A DNA stretch of 64,000 bases from Coriobacteriia bacterium (GTDB taxonomy: Bacteria; Actinomycetota; Coriobacteriia; Coriobacteriales; UMGS124). Position 1 is the first letter of the stretch. Each line of letters opens with the position of its first letter. The translations under genes and the position numbers were made by a program. Shown piece by piece: positions 17,731 to 27,440 of this stretch. A model generated the notes under the pieces. The model had not been told where the DNA came from. It worked only from the letters and a program-made list of their open reading frames with translations, and did no database searches. The stretch is from contig CAWVLT010000044.1 in assembly GCA_963930185.1 (NCBI GenBank), positions 45,403 to 109,402 of the forward strand, read 5' to 3'.

Positions 17731-19179
17731 CTACGCGGAGATCTCTTCTATTTTGGAGAGCAATTCCTGTCTCGAATGAACCTCAGCCTTGAGATATAGC
17801 CTAACCACATGGCTATGGATTGTCGAGCGCGAAAGTCCCATGCTCTCGGCTATGAACGGCTCGCTTCTGCCTTTCATGAGAAGTAATGCAACTTCGCATT
17901 CGCGGGGCGTGAGACCATAGGCTTGTGTGAGGGCATTTTCTACCCTGGTCTCATCGCTCAGACGCATATCGAGCGATTCTTTCCTGATTCCCCAAAGAAT
18001 GGCAACATTATGATCATTAAAGAAAGTAAGTATAATAATAAGCATAGAAACGATAGTTATTTGGGATAGAGACATATAGAAATTATTGTTATTGATAAAT
18101 AATGCTGTTATTGTTCCAATAGCAGTACCTATCTGCATGAGACCACGACCAACTCCATATGGCCTCTCAAGCGGCAATCTAGTTTCAGAGGCTAGCTCAT
18201 AGATTATCATCCACATCAGGAGTTCAAAGCAGGTATAGCCCGCAGAGGCTGTTGCGTTAAGGAGCATATTTAGCCAATTGCTAGATGAACCATAGGCCAA
18301 AAGAAATGAGATAGCAAAAAAGGACGAACCAAGCATGCTGACAGTCCAGAATCTATTGCTGCACTTTACTGCAACTAAAAAAGAAGCTAATCCGATCAAC
18401 ATTCTACATAATTCATGAATTAGATAGTAATAATTAAAGAATTGCTCGCCACTGGGAGACAGGCCACGCATTAAGCCAAACGCAATGCCAAAGACTGAGA
18501 ATCCAGTCATTACTTTCCAGGGAAGGGTACTTTTGCTATGCCTGTCATCGATGCTGGATCTGGGGGACGTGTTTCTGGAGGTCGAAGACGACTGTTCCTC
18601 ATTAGATTCCCCACATAGAAAGAAAATTGAAATAGGGAGTAAAATCGTACATATAATAGATAAATATTTAGGTATAATATAAATAAATATATAAATAAAA
18701 CTCGATATAATCAGTGCAAGTGAAAAGATAGATAAGACAATTTGGTCACCGAGATCTGGATTAATGGATTTGCAGAGCTGGTAGAGCGCAAAGGCTTCGC
18801 CGAGACCTGCGAGGATGGACACGAAGATGAGCGCTTCGTTCGAGAACAGGCTACATACGGGAATGAGGGCCGTTCCTGCTGTTGCCAGTATCAAAGCTTT
18901 GGAGACAGAAATAAAGGATAGAATGCGCTGCGCATGCCTGTCGATGATCGGGATCAAGATAGTTATTACTGAGCAGGCAACCAGGGCAACAAGGTGGACT
19001 ATCTCGCTGCTGAGCAGCGGATTGCCAGAGTAAGATACGCAGGCTGTACCGAAGAATACCGATGATGCCCAGGCCCAGTATAGGCCAAGGCAGACGATGA
19101 TCCTGAAGTGGTTTCTGAGCTCGGCTAGGATTTTTTGGCCAGCTACTTTTTGATCAACATTAGCTGCATCAGGACCCAA
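17731..19179 (-). CDS. polytopic membrane LuxR-type regulator (AT-rich)
   Basis: Multiple hydrophobic segments followed by YGLTPRECEVALLLMKGRSEPFIAESMGLSRSTIHSHVVRLYLKAEVHSRQEL. TTG 19179 is preceded by AAGGAGG. Confidence 0.85.
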   Translation of the reverse strand: MGPDAANVDQKVAGQKILAELRNHFRIIVCLGLYWAWASSVFFGTACVSYSGNPLLSSEIVHLVALVACSVITILIPIIDRHAQRILSFISVSKALILATAGTALIPVCSLFSNEALIFVSILAGLGEAFALYQLCKSINPDLGDQIVLSIFSLALIISSFIYIFIYIIPKYLSIICTILLPISIFFLCGESNEEQSSSTSRNTSPRSSIDDRHSKSTLPWKVMTGFSVFGIAFGLMRGLSPSGEQFFNYYYLIHELCRMLIGLASFLVAVKCSNRFWTVSMLGSSFFAISFLLAYGSSSNWLNMLLNATASAGYTCFELLMWMIIYELASETRLPLERPYGVGRGLMQIGTAIGTITALFINNNNFYMSLSQITIVSMLIIILTFFNDHNVAILWGIRKESLDMRLSDETRVENALTQAYGLTPRECEVALLLMKGRSEPFIAESMGLSRSTIHSHVVRLYLKAEVHSRQELLSKIEEISA

Positions 19180-19409
19180 CTCTTAGCCTCCTTAAGCTCA
19201 AGTCTGATTGGTAAAGGATAGTATTGCTTGTAGGGATACGCTTCAACTACTTTAGTGGATGCCCTGATAAGAGTGTGACTAATTTAGATCTATGAATTTC
19301 TTCCATACGACGCAAAGATGCTGATTAGTCGCTGTGTCTGCTAGTGCTTTTAGGGATGCAAGACAAGGCGATGTTTAATGACTGGTGGCATACGAGAAGG
19401 GAATGAATC

Positions 19410-20936
19410 ATGGAAAAGACCATCGATCGCCATAGTTTCATTTCATATGCAGTGGCAGCAGGTACGGTTGCGGGGTCTTCTCTGCTGGCTTCGCCCGCCG
19501 TGGCGGAAGAGGTGGCTTCTAATTCTGGTACGGATGGCGACGCTGTCTCTGAGGTGCTCTAGGCGGACGTCGTTGTTGTGGGTGCGGGCATTTCTGGCCT
19601 TGCCGCAACGGTACAGGCTGCGGAGTTGGGATTGAAGGTCATCACTCTTGAGGTCAATGACTTCCTTGGTGGTAACGGCTTGGGCACCGAGGGCATATTC
19701 GCGATCGGCTCAAAGGGACAGCAGGAACAGGGAATAGAACTGACGTTGGCCGATATAGTGGCGAATGAGCAGGACTTCTTTAAGTATAAGGTCGATGCTC
19801 TTTTCTGGAAAGATATGGTCGAGCAGTCTGCTGACACGATAGTTTGGCTTGAGGATAACGGAGTTGAATTCTCTGGCCTGATCGATGACTACCCGCCTCT
19901 CGGTTCTGTCAAAACAATGCACTGGTGGAAGGACGGCCTTGGTTCTTCCTATGTTGATCCAATGGGGACCAAGGCAGAAGAACTTGGCGTACAAATTCTC
20001 ATGCAGACGCGCGGACAAGAGCTGGTTCTTGATAATGGTAAGATTGCTGGCATATTGGCAACCGACGCTTCTGGCAATTCGCTTCAGATTGATGCTCCTG
20101 TTGTTATTTTGGCAACTGGTGGTTTTGCCGATAATAGTGAGAAGCTGCAAGAGGCTGCTGGTGTTGATCCGAGCAAGGTGTTTGTGCGCAGCTTTGGTGG
20201 CCATATGGGTGATGGGCTCGATATGGCTATTCAGGCTGGTGCTCGAGATTACTCGCTTACCTCTTCATACCTGAGAGAGACCACAATCAAGGATGTCGAC
20301 TTCGCAACGCCGTTCTCGATGTATTTCTTCACAACCGGTGCCAACCTCTGGGTCAACGAGAATGGTGAACGGTTCGCTGATGAGAACTGCTTGTCAATTA
20401 CATCTGGCTGCCAATCAAATGCAAACACGAACCAGAAGCAAACGTATGCGTTGTTCTCTCAGGAGATTCTCGATGCAAACCCCGATGCTGCTGCCGCTTG
20501 CGCTGAGCTGCTTAGTTCGGGAACCGAAGAAGTTGCCATGGGAGAAACGGTAGAGGAGCTCGCCGAAAAATTCGGGGTTCCCTCCGATGTGCTTGCGGAA
20601 ACAGTTAGTCGCTACAATGGGTTCTGCGACGCAGGCCTAGACGAGGATTTCGCGAAGGATCCTTCGCAGCTCATACATCTCGAGCCGCCTTTCTACATGG
20701 CCAGAATGAGCTACTGCTACATGTCTTCGATTGGGGGAATAAAGACGAGTAGGCACGCGGAGGTTCTCGATTCGTCGGGCTCTCCCATCCCCGGCTTGTA
20801 TGCAGTCGGTAGCGATGGCTGCCAACTATACGCCGGTACTTATACGATATCGGTATGTAGCTCATACAACGGAAACAATGTCTACTCCGGGCGAAATGCC
20901 GCACGCAATGCGCAGGAGTATATAGCCGATCTGTAG
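19410..20936 (+). pseudogene. FAD_binding_2 reductase interrupted by an in-frame TAG, with a degenerate Tat motif
   Basis: ATG 19410 reads MEKTIDRHSFISYAVAAGTVAGSSLLASPAVAEE...SEVL, then TAG (19560-19562), then ADVVVVGAGISGLAAT in the same frame through to 20936. RH replaces the twin-arginine. Restarting at GTG 19578 would delete beta-1 of the FAD fold. Confidence 0.7.
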
Positions 20937-21048
20937 GTGTTGTCTGTTCGAAGGTGTTTATGAGTAGCGGATTAGACATCAGACCGATACTTAACTCATG
21001 GACATTTGTCTAAAGGTCGATTAAGAGAAGCGTGTCGGTTGTTGCAAC

Positions 21049-21084
21049 AAGGGGCGCGGGGGCCATTTGGCCTCTGCGCCCCTT
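21049..21084. terminator. hairpin between convergent genes
   Basis: AAGGGGCGC - 18 nt - GCGCCCCTT, lying between the 19410-20936 (+) and 21138-22838 (-) genes. Confidence 0.5.
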
Positions 21085-21137
21085 GGTCATATTGCTTTAG
21101 ACACCCCGCTGCAGTTCCTGTTCCTCCGAAAGAGGGG

Positions 21138-22838
21138 TTACTCGTTCTCTGCGATGTACTTGCCGGTAAGATAGGGGAATGTGATGCAGTTGATTCCGTA
21201 GTTGGCGCCCTGCATCATGAACGTGTACTTACCTGCAAACATGTCACCAACACCGGTGCCGACGTTATAGAGACCAGGAATTGCCTCATCGTTTTCGTCG
21301 CATACCTGCATGTGGACATTGGTGCGCAGGCCACCAAGGATGGTGTAGAAGCGAACGGGATAGTGGTCAACAATCTGGCAATAGAACGGCGGGGTCTGAA
21401 TGGGGATCAGGAAATCGGGGTCCTTGTAGAAATCGGTATCACTGCCGTTTGCACAGAGCTCGTTATAGTGATTGACCGTCTCAACGGCAGAGGCAGGAAG
21501 ACCAGAAAGCTCAAGAAGCTCCTCGATCGTTTCGGCCTTGATGTAGTTTCCTGCCTCAACCTCCGCTTCCCAGGTGGCAATAACATCCTCAGGGGAGCGC
21601 TTCGACTCTTCGCGGTACTGATATGCATACGCCGTGTCGTACCAATCGAAGCGATTGGCCCAATCACTGTCCCAGATGGCCCAAGTACGACCATTCTTTT
21701 GCATGGCTTGGGTCATTGGGCCAAGGGAACGGGATGCGTATTCGTTCATGAAGCGTTCGCCGTCTGCATCAAGCAGCAAGCCAAAGAAGTTCTGGTAGCG
21801 GTTGACGGTTGCTCCTCCTGAGAAAGTACCAACCATCGGGCAGTTCGGAAGGGTCTTTTGCCAAGCGGCACCAATCCACAGCGCAGCCTTGTGCATATCG
21901 CCCTTATAAAGGCCTCCGACGGCCATCTGGAGATCATAGTTTTGTTCGGAATCGTAGATATCATCGCTAATCATGCTTGCATACTCAGGTGCATACTTGA
22001 GCATCATTTCGCGATCAGCCGAGAAGTCACCGGCTGCAATTACGATCGCCTTGTTGCCGACGTACTTGTTGTATCCGCCATTTTCTAGATCGCGAGCGAT
22101 GACTGCCGTGACGCGGCCGGATTCTTCGTCGCGCACGAGCTGATAGCCGGCGTTGCGCCAAACGACGGTGCCGCCTTCTTCCTGGAACCTACCAACAAGC
22201 TCGTTAACCAGCGCTTCCTGGTTTTGGCTAGCTTTGTCCGAGCTGATATCAGGCAACCAGCTATGCGAAGCGGGATACGAGAAGTAGATGCTGTCTTCTT
22301 TCAGGTAATTGCTCTGCTCAAGGGCGGTAAAATAGCCACGCTCTTCCATGATGTCGCTGACCCAGTCAAAGGCTTCTTCGCACGTGTTGTACCAGAGGTA
22401 CCATTTCTTCTGGTCAACGGCATTGTAGTTGGCGAGGATCTCTTTCTGGACCTCAAAAACGGGCATGCGCTCAAGTCCGGCATCCTTCATTGCCCGGCTA
22501 TACGCGCAGCAGTTTGAGCCTCCGCGGCTGCACGGAACAGAGGATGCGGAGAAGAGAATAGTGTTCAGGCCGTTGTCGATGCAGGAGTTGGCGCAGATGA
22601 TGCCGGCGGTGCCAGCGCCAACTACGACAACATCAGCCTCATAGGTTTGCGCAATCTCGTCATCAGAAACAGGATCAGGGGCTACCTCAAACCCCCATTT
22701 ACGCTGGGCAATTTCAGGAGTCATGAGATCGTCGGCCGAAGCCTCGTCCGCACCGGCAATTGAGGTGGCCCCGATTGTTGCTGCGCACCCAATTGAAGCG
22801 GCGGCGCCCTTCAGGAAGTTCCTTCTTGTGGTACTCAT
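21138..22838 (-). CDS. Tat-signal FAD-dependent reductase (FAD_binding_2)
   Basis: Leader MSTTRRNFLKGAAASIGCAATIGATSIAGA; DVVVVGAGTAGIICA; C-terminal IPGLYNVGTGVGD. RBS AGGAGGAGGG. Confidence 0.85.
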   Translation of the reverse strand: MSTTRRNFLKGAAASIGCAATIGATSIAGADEASADDLMTPEIAQRKWGFEVAPDPVSDDEIAQTYEADVVVVGAGTAGIICANSCIDNGLNTILFSASSVPCSRGGSNCCAYSRAMKDAGLERMPVFEVQKEILANYNAVDQKKWYLWYNTCEEAFDWVSDIMEERGYFTALEQSNYLKEDSIYFSYPASHSWLPDISSDKASQNQEALVNELVGRFQEEGGTVVWRNAGYQLVRDEESGRVTAVIARDLENGGYNKYVGNKAIVIAAGDFSADREMMLKYAPEYASMISDDIYDSEQNYDLQMAVGGLYKGDMHKAALWIGAAWQKTLPNCPMVGTFSGGATVNRYQNFFGLLLDADGERFMNEYASRSLGPMTQAMQKNGRTWAIWDSDWANRFDWYDTAYAYQYREESKRSPEDVIATWEAEVEAGNYIKAETIEELLELSGLPASAVETVNHYNELCANGSDTDFYKDPDFLIPIQTPPFYCQIVDHYPVRFYTILGGLRTNVHMQVCDENDEAIPGLYNVGTGVGDMFAGKYTFMMQGANYGINCITFPYLTGKYIAENE

Positions 22839-22961
22839 GCTTGCCCTCCTCCTGAAACGGTTGCTAAACGAACCCTGTACGGGTACTCGCTGACAATCTT
22901 TGCTAAAAGGAGGCGGGCTGAAACCACATAAATAAGGGTAAAAGGCCGTGCGTTGAAATTC

Positions 22962-24398
22962 TCACATGGAATGGGTGAGATGCGTTGGATCCTTTGGGCT
23001 TTCAAAGGCGTCAATAAGCTCCTGTTTGCTATGCAGGCCAAGCTTACGATATATGCTCTTGGTATGAGATCGCACCGTGTTTTCTGAGACACCGAGTTGT
23101 CTTGCAATGATGGGAACGCTTCTTCCTTTCAGCAACAGTAATAGGACATCATATTCGCGTTTGGTCAAACCCATTTCTTTCGGGTCGGCAACGGGGAATT
23201 TAGATACCGGGGCAGAAGGGGATAGCGACAGCAGCTGCCCCTGTTTACCTGTTATTTTGCTCTCGCATAGAAGAATGATTATGTATATGAGTAGCAGGGC
23301 GAACGCTAGTATCCTAGACATGTTTACCATGTGGTCGAGAGCCATGGGGCGCACGAGGGCGGCTCCGATGTTGCTCGAAGAATAGATGATGCAGAAGGAT
23401 ATGCAATAAATAACAACAGGGTGAACCTTATAATCATAAGATACTTTATTACAATAATATAATGTGATAATTGAAGAGAAGGAAAAGAAACAATATGCGA
23501 CTGAAGACAGTGCAATATAAAAGCCTGAGGTATATGATGGAAGGATAGCGAATGCGGCAATCAGGCAGGGATAGATTACCCGGTAAGGCATCGCAGGGGA
23601 CATGGTATCAAAGATCCTTATCAGGGGGAGTATTGCTAGCCCCGACAAGAGCCTCCCCAGAGAGAAAAGTTCTCCAAGCAGCTCCGTGGGTGAATCGACA
23701 CGCGAGGAGGCAGAGCTAAAGATGCCCCAGACAACTCCAAATGCGGAGATGCAAACTATCGCAAGAGCAAGTTCCTTAACCGCAGGTCTGATGCTGGCGC
23801 CCTGGCTTACGTCGGCAACAATGCCAAAGTGTTTTTTGAGGCGCCTTTCTGTTTCAAACAACGAATAGGTCGACAGAGACAACAATGCGAGATATGGAAT
23901 CGTGCGGAACATGGCAAGATCTAGCGGTAGCCAGATGAAGAGGAAGTAGAGGAAAGCACCGATGCAGGTGCCTGTTGCGAGGACAAAGAGAGGGTCTTTG
24001 CTTCCGAGGCGAAACATCATCTGCTGCCAAAGAATATATCCCAATATGGTCCCGATCCCCGTAAAAGAGGCCGCACAGCAATCGAGGGTGTAGGCAATTG
24101 AGACCGAGAAGGAAGCGACTGAAGTCACTGTCTGAATAGCGCAGGCAACAGCAAGTATGCTGGTATACAAGACAGTTACTTTAACTATATTGAACTTTAA
24201 CTTTTTATTTTTAATATATAAAATGATAACAAATAGCATAGTTGCCGTGCTAAATATATCACTTACGCTATAATTTTGAAAAAGTACGTTGTTATTAAGC
24301 GGGGATTGCACTGGCCATCCGATAAACGAGACCAGGCCAAGATGGGCACCGAAGCCAACGGCAGAGAAAATGCTTGGAGTTTTCAGCCTGATGCTCAC
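22962..24398 (-). CDS. polytopic membrane LuxR-type regulator
   Basis: Hydrophobic N-terminal ~400 aa followed by MGLTKREYDVLLLLLKGRSVPIIARQLGVSENTVRSHTKSIYRKLGLHSKQEL. GTG 24398 follows AAGGGGG. Confidence 0.85.
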   Translation of the reverse strand: MSIRLKTPSIFSAVGFGAHLGLVSFIGWPVQSPLNNNVLFQNYSVSDIFSTATMLFVIILYIKNKKLKFNIVKVTVLYTSILAVACAIQTVTSVASFSVSIAYTLDCCAASFTGIGTILGYILWQQMMFRLGSKDPLFVLATGTCIGAFLYFLFIWLPLDLAMFRTIPYLALLSLSTYSLFETERRLKKHFGIVADVSQGASIRPAVKELALAIVCISAFGVVWGIFSSASSRVDSPTELLGELFSLGRLLSGLAILPLIRIFDTMSPAMPYRVIYPCLIAAFAILPSYTSGFYIALSSVAYCFFSFSSIITLYYCNKVSYDYKVHPVVIYCISFCIIYSSSNIGAALVRPMALDHMVNMSRILAFALLLIYIIILLCESKITGKQGQLLSLSPSAPVSKFPVADPKEMGLTKREYDVLLLLLKGRSVPIIARQLGVSENTVRSHTKSIYRKLGLHSKQELIDAFESPKDPTHLTHSM

Positions 24399-24540
24399 GG
24401 TGCCCCCTTGCCGAGCGTGAAGATAGGGAGATTATATACGCGATCGTCAGGTCTGGCATACAGTCCGGTGGGGTCCTATGCCAAGCGGATTCGTATCGAG
24501 CGCGTGGAACATGTCCCGGGAAGAAGCCCTCCGTGATAAT

Positions 24541-24604
24541 AATCTAGACAAATCTCGACATGGATGGCGAAACGTGTCAAGATTATGTCTAGATTGAACG
24601 CTAT
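24541..24604 (+). repeat. hairpin repeat, copy B
   Basis: AATCTAGACAAATCTCGACA - 14 nt - TGTCAAGATTATGTCTAGATT - GAACGCTAT. The left arm differs from copy A at one base (G to A), matched by a compensating C to T change in the right arm. Confidence 0.85.
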
Positions 24605-24637
24605 CGCATTCCAGCAGTTGTCCGGATTGGAGGCCCC

Positions 24638-26152
24638 ATGCTACTAGGTGAGCTCGAAAAAGTGCTGCATTCGGGAGAGTCGTCCAATGTCGAATTTAAG
24701 CGCTGCGGTGACCTGCCAGGAAACGATGTGTTCGAGAGTATTTGTTCGTTTGCCAACCGTTATGGCGGAGATATCTACCTAGGCGTATGTGATGACGGGA
24801 CAGTCGTCGGGATTGACGCACTTCGCGAGAACGAGATAAAGCGCAATCTCGTAAACGTGCTCAATAACCCGAAGCTGTTCGACGTTGCCCCCACTGTTGA
24901 GATCGAGAGTATAGGAACTCCGCAGGGAACTGTTATCCGCCTATGGGTTCCGATGAGCCCGCATGTCCTCCGATACAAGGGCGTTGTGTACGACCGAGTT
25001 GCCGACGTTGACGTAAAAATCAGCGGGGTGGCCCAAATATCCGCAATGTACATTCGCAAGCAGTCCTATTACAGCGAGCGTAAGATATTTCGCTATCTCA
25101 GGCTATCCGATCTACGTGGCGATCTAATCGAGCGCGCACGAAAAATGGCTGTGCTCCGAAGCCCCGGGCATCCCTGGAAAGAGATGGATGACGCTCAGCT
25201 ACTACGTAGCGCGCGGCTGTATGACACGGACTACGACACGGGGGTGGAGGGCTACACGCTTGCGGCGGCCTTGCTGTTTGGCCCCGATGATGTGATCGCC
25301 AGCGTGTGTCCGCCATACCTGACGGACATCATCGTTCGTCGCGAGGATCTTGACCGCTATGATGACCGCCTTATCGTGAGGACCAACCTGCTTGATGCCT
25401 ATGACCAGATCATCGACTTCATTTGCCGGCAGCTTCCTGACAGGTTCTATCTTGATGGAACGCGCAGCGTAAGCCCGCGTGACATCATCGTTCGCGAGCT
25501 TGTTGCCAACTCCCTTATGCATCGGGAGTTCAGCAGCGCCATTCCGGCGCGCTTTGTCATCGAGAACGATGGCATCCATGCAAGCAATGCGTCCCGCTCG
25601 ATGTTAGAGGGGGCAATCACCCTCGGTGACTTCAGCCCTATTTCGAAAAATCCCCTCATTGCCGGCGTTTTCCAGCAGATCGGCTTTGCCGAGCAGGTTG
25701 GCAGTGGCATGCACAACCTATACCGGTACTCGCGGATATATTCCGGCAAGGATCCGGTGTTTGTGGAAGGTGACGTGTTCAGGGCCTTCGTTCCGGTGAA
25801 CTACGTGGGTGGCCCGGCCACTGGTCACAAAGATGCGTTTGCCCTCCAAGCGGGGCCGTTGAACGAGAACCGACCGGAGGAGAATCGGGGAGATCGTGCG
25901 CGAGAGGGTAGGGGATTCGCGGACATGCTGCCGGTTCCTAACACGGCTTCTGCCGCCGCCTCGCCGCGCGATGTTCCTGGCGCCATCGAACGGGACATCG
26001 AGCGCAATGGTTTTGCCACTGCCTCCTCGACGGCGTCCATAGCCGGTGTCTCCAACCGAACGGCGAGTCGCTACCTCAATGCCGCCGTAAGTTCCGGTGA
26101 CCTCCGCATGGAGGGAAGCACGCGCAACCGCCGGTACTTCTCGATGAGGTAA
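24638..26152 (+). CDS. AlbA_2 (Schlafen-like divergent AAA) domain protein with C-terminal HATPase_c_4-like region and wHTH; putative regulator
   Basis: N-terminus LHSGESSNVEFKRCGDLPGNDVFESICSFANRYGGDIYLGVCDDGTVVGI is the AlbA_2 signature. The C-terminal end ASIAGVSNRTASRYLNAAVSSGDLRMEGSTRNRRYF is wHTH-like. Confidence 0.7.
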   Translation: MLLGELEKVLHSGESSNVEFKRCGDLPGNDVFESICSFANRYGGDIYLGVCDDGTVVGIDALRENEIKRNLVNVLNNPKLFDVAPTVEIESIGTPQGTVIRLWVPMSPHVLRYKGVVYDRVADVDVKISGVAQISAMYIRKQSYYSERKIFRYLRLSDLRGDLIERARKMAVLRSPGHPWKEMDDAQLLRSARLYDTDYDTGVEGYTLAAALLFGPDDVIASVCPPYLTDIIVRREDLDRYDDRLIVRTNLLDAYDQIIDFICRQLPDRFYLDGTRSVSPRDIIVRELVANSLMHREFSSAIPARFVIENDGIHASNASRSMLEGAITLGDFSPISKNPLIAGVFQQIGFAEQVGSGMHNLYRYSRIYSGKDPVFVEGDVFRAFVPVNYVGGPATGHKDAFALQAGPLNENRPEENRGDRAREGRGFADMLPVPNTASAAASPRDVPGAIERDIERNGFATASSTASIAGVSNRTASRYLNAAVSSGDLRMEGSTRNRRYFSMR

Positions 26153-26297
26153 GTGGGCTTCTTGCACCACGGGCGATCCTGCTTCTTGGTACGCGGCGTG
26201 CCATAATGGTGCTATCAGCGCCGAGGCGGCATGGCCCGCGTGGCCAGTTCGTCATGGTGCCCCCTTGCACGCCGCTCGCCCAGAGAAAGGATGCGCC

Positions 26298-27227
26298 ATG
26301 CTTCACGAAGTCCACTTTCCCTCGTCCAACAACCGTGACCAGGTGACCGGATGGATCTATGTTCCGGCATGCGAGCCCGAAGGTGTGATCCAGCTGGTCC
26401 ACGGCTTTGGCGAGCATTCTCGCCGCTACTTCCACATGATCGTGGCCTTCATGGACGCCGGCTACATCGTCGCCGCCGATGACCATGTGGGCCACGGTGC
26501 GACTGCCATCGCCAACAACACGTGGGGCGACTGGGGCGACGCCGGTCCCCACACCATGATGGAGGACGAGAAGCGCCTCAAGGACCTGGTGTGCGAGAAG
26601 TATCCCAACCTGCCGTACTTCATGTTCGGACACTCCATGGGTTCCATGATCGCGCGCGACTTCTCGGCCGCATACGGCAGCGAGCTCGCCGGCGTCATCT
26701 ACTGCGGCACCACCGGCATCTTCAAGAACACCCATGAGGTTCGCGCCAAGCTTGACGAGGCCATCGCTGCGGGCAAGGCGCACGAGTCCGATCCCGCCTT
26801 CGTCAGCGGGCTCATGGGCTGGATGTTCGCCCGCTGCGAGGAGGGGGCGGCGCTGGGCAACGAGTGGATCTGCCACGACCCCTACGTGCAGCGCGATCAT
26901 GCCGAGGACCCCTTTGACGCGTTCACCCACCCTACGCACAACATCAGCCTGCGCGACTTCATCGATATGATGCTGTGCATCGAGGGCCCCGAGTGGGCCC
27001 AGAGGGTGCCGGCCGACCTCCCCGTGCTGCTCATCGCGGGTGACCAGGATCCCGTGGGCAACTACGGGCAGGGTGTGTACCAAGTTGCCAACTGGCTGTC
27101 CGACACCGGCCACGTCGATGTGACCACGACGCTCTACCCCGGCTATCGCCACGAGATCCATAACTACGACGACATCAAGGACGACGTGGAGCAGACCGTC
27201 ATCGACTGGGTGGACATGCATGCGTAG
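26298..27227 (+). CDS. alpha/beta hydrolase (lysophospholipase / monoacylglycerol-lipase-like)
   Basis: HGFGEHSRRY oxyanion region and nucleophile elbow GHSMGS, with Asp and His further downstream (GDQDP, YRHEI). Confidence 0.85.
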   Translation: MLHEVHFPSSNNRDQVTGWIYVPACEPEGVIQLVHGFGEHSRRYFHMIVAFMDAGYIVAADDHVGHGATAIANNTWGDWGDAGPHTMMEDEKRLKDLVCEKYPNLPYFMFGHSMGSMIARDFSAAYGSELAGVIYCGTTGIFKNTHEVRAKLDEAIAAGKAHESDPAFVSGLMGWMFARCEEGAALGNEWICHDPYVQRDHAEDPFDAFTHPTHNISLRDFIDMMLCIEGPEWAQRVPADLPVLLIAGDQDPVGNYGQGVYQVANWLSDTGHVDVTTTLYPGYRHEIHNYDDIKDDVEQTVIDWVDMHA

Positions 27228-27361
27228 GCACAAGCTGCCCGCATCGTGCAAGCGTGGCTTATGCTAGCGCGTAATGCGTTGCGCGTGCGCTAATGTGTCG
27301 CTTGCCTGATGCGATCCAACTGGGGTGACATGCCTCGGTATTCCAAAGATCGGCATTCCAA

Positions 27362-27397
27362 AGGGCGCGGATCGGACAAGCATCCGATCCGCGCCCT
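27362..27397. terminator. 15-bp perfect-stem hairpin between convergent genes
   Basis: AGGGCGCGGATCGGA - CAAGCA - TCCGATCCGCGCCCT. Confidence 0.65.
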
Positions 27398-27440
27398 GTT
27401 GTTGCTGCAATGATGAGCGAGTGCCCTTTTTGGCTAACGA

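Noticed and set aside
19560-19562. The in-frame TAG as programmed recoding (pyrrolysine or readthrough)
   Set aside because: No pyl genes or recoding signal are visible in the window. The paralogs have ordinary residues at this position, and the same gene has also lost its twin-arginine. A simple nonsense mutation is the economical reading. This cannot be fully excluded without reads or proteomics.
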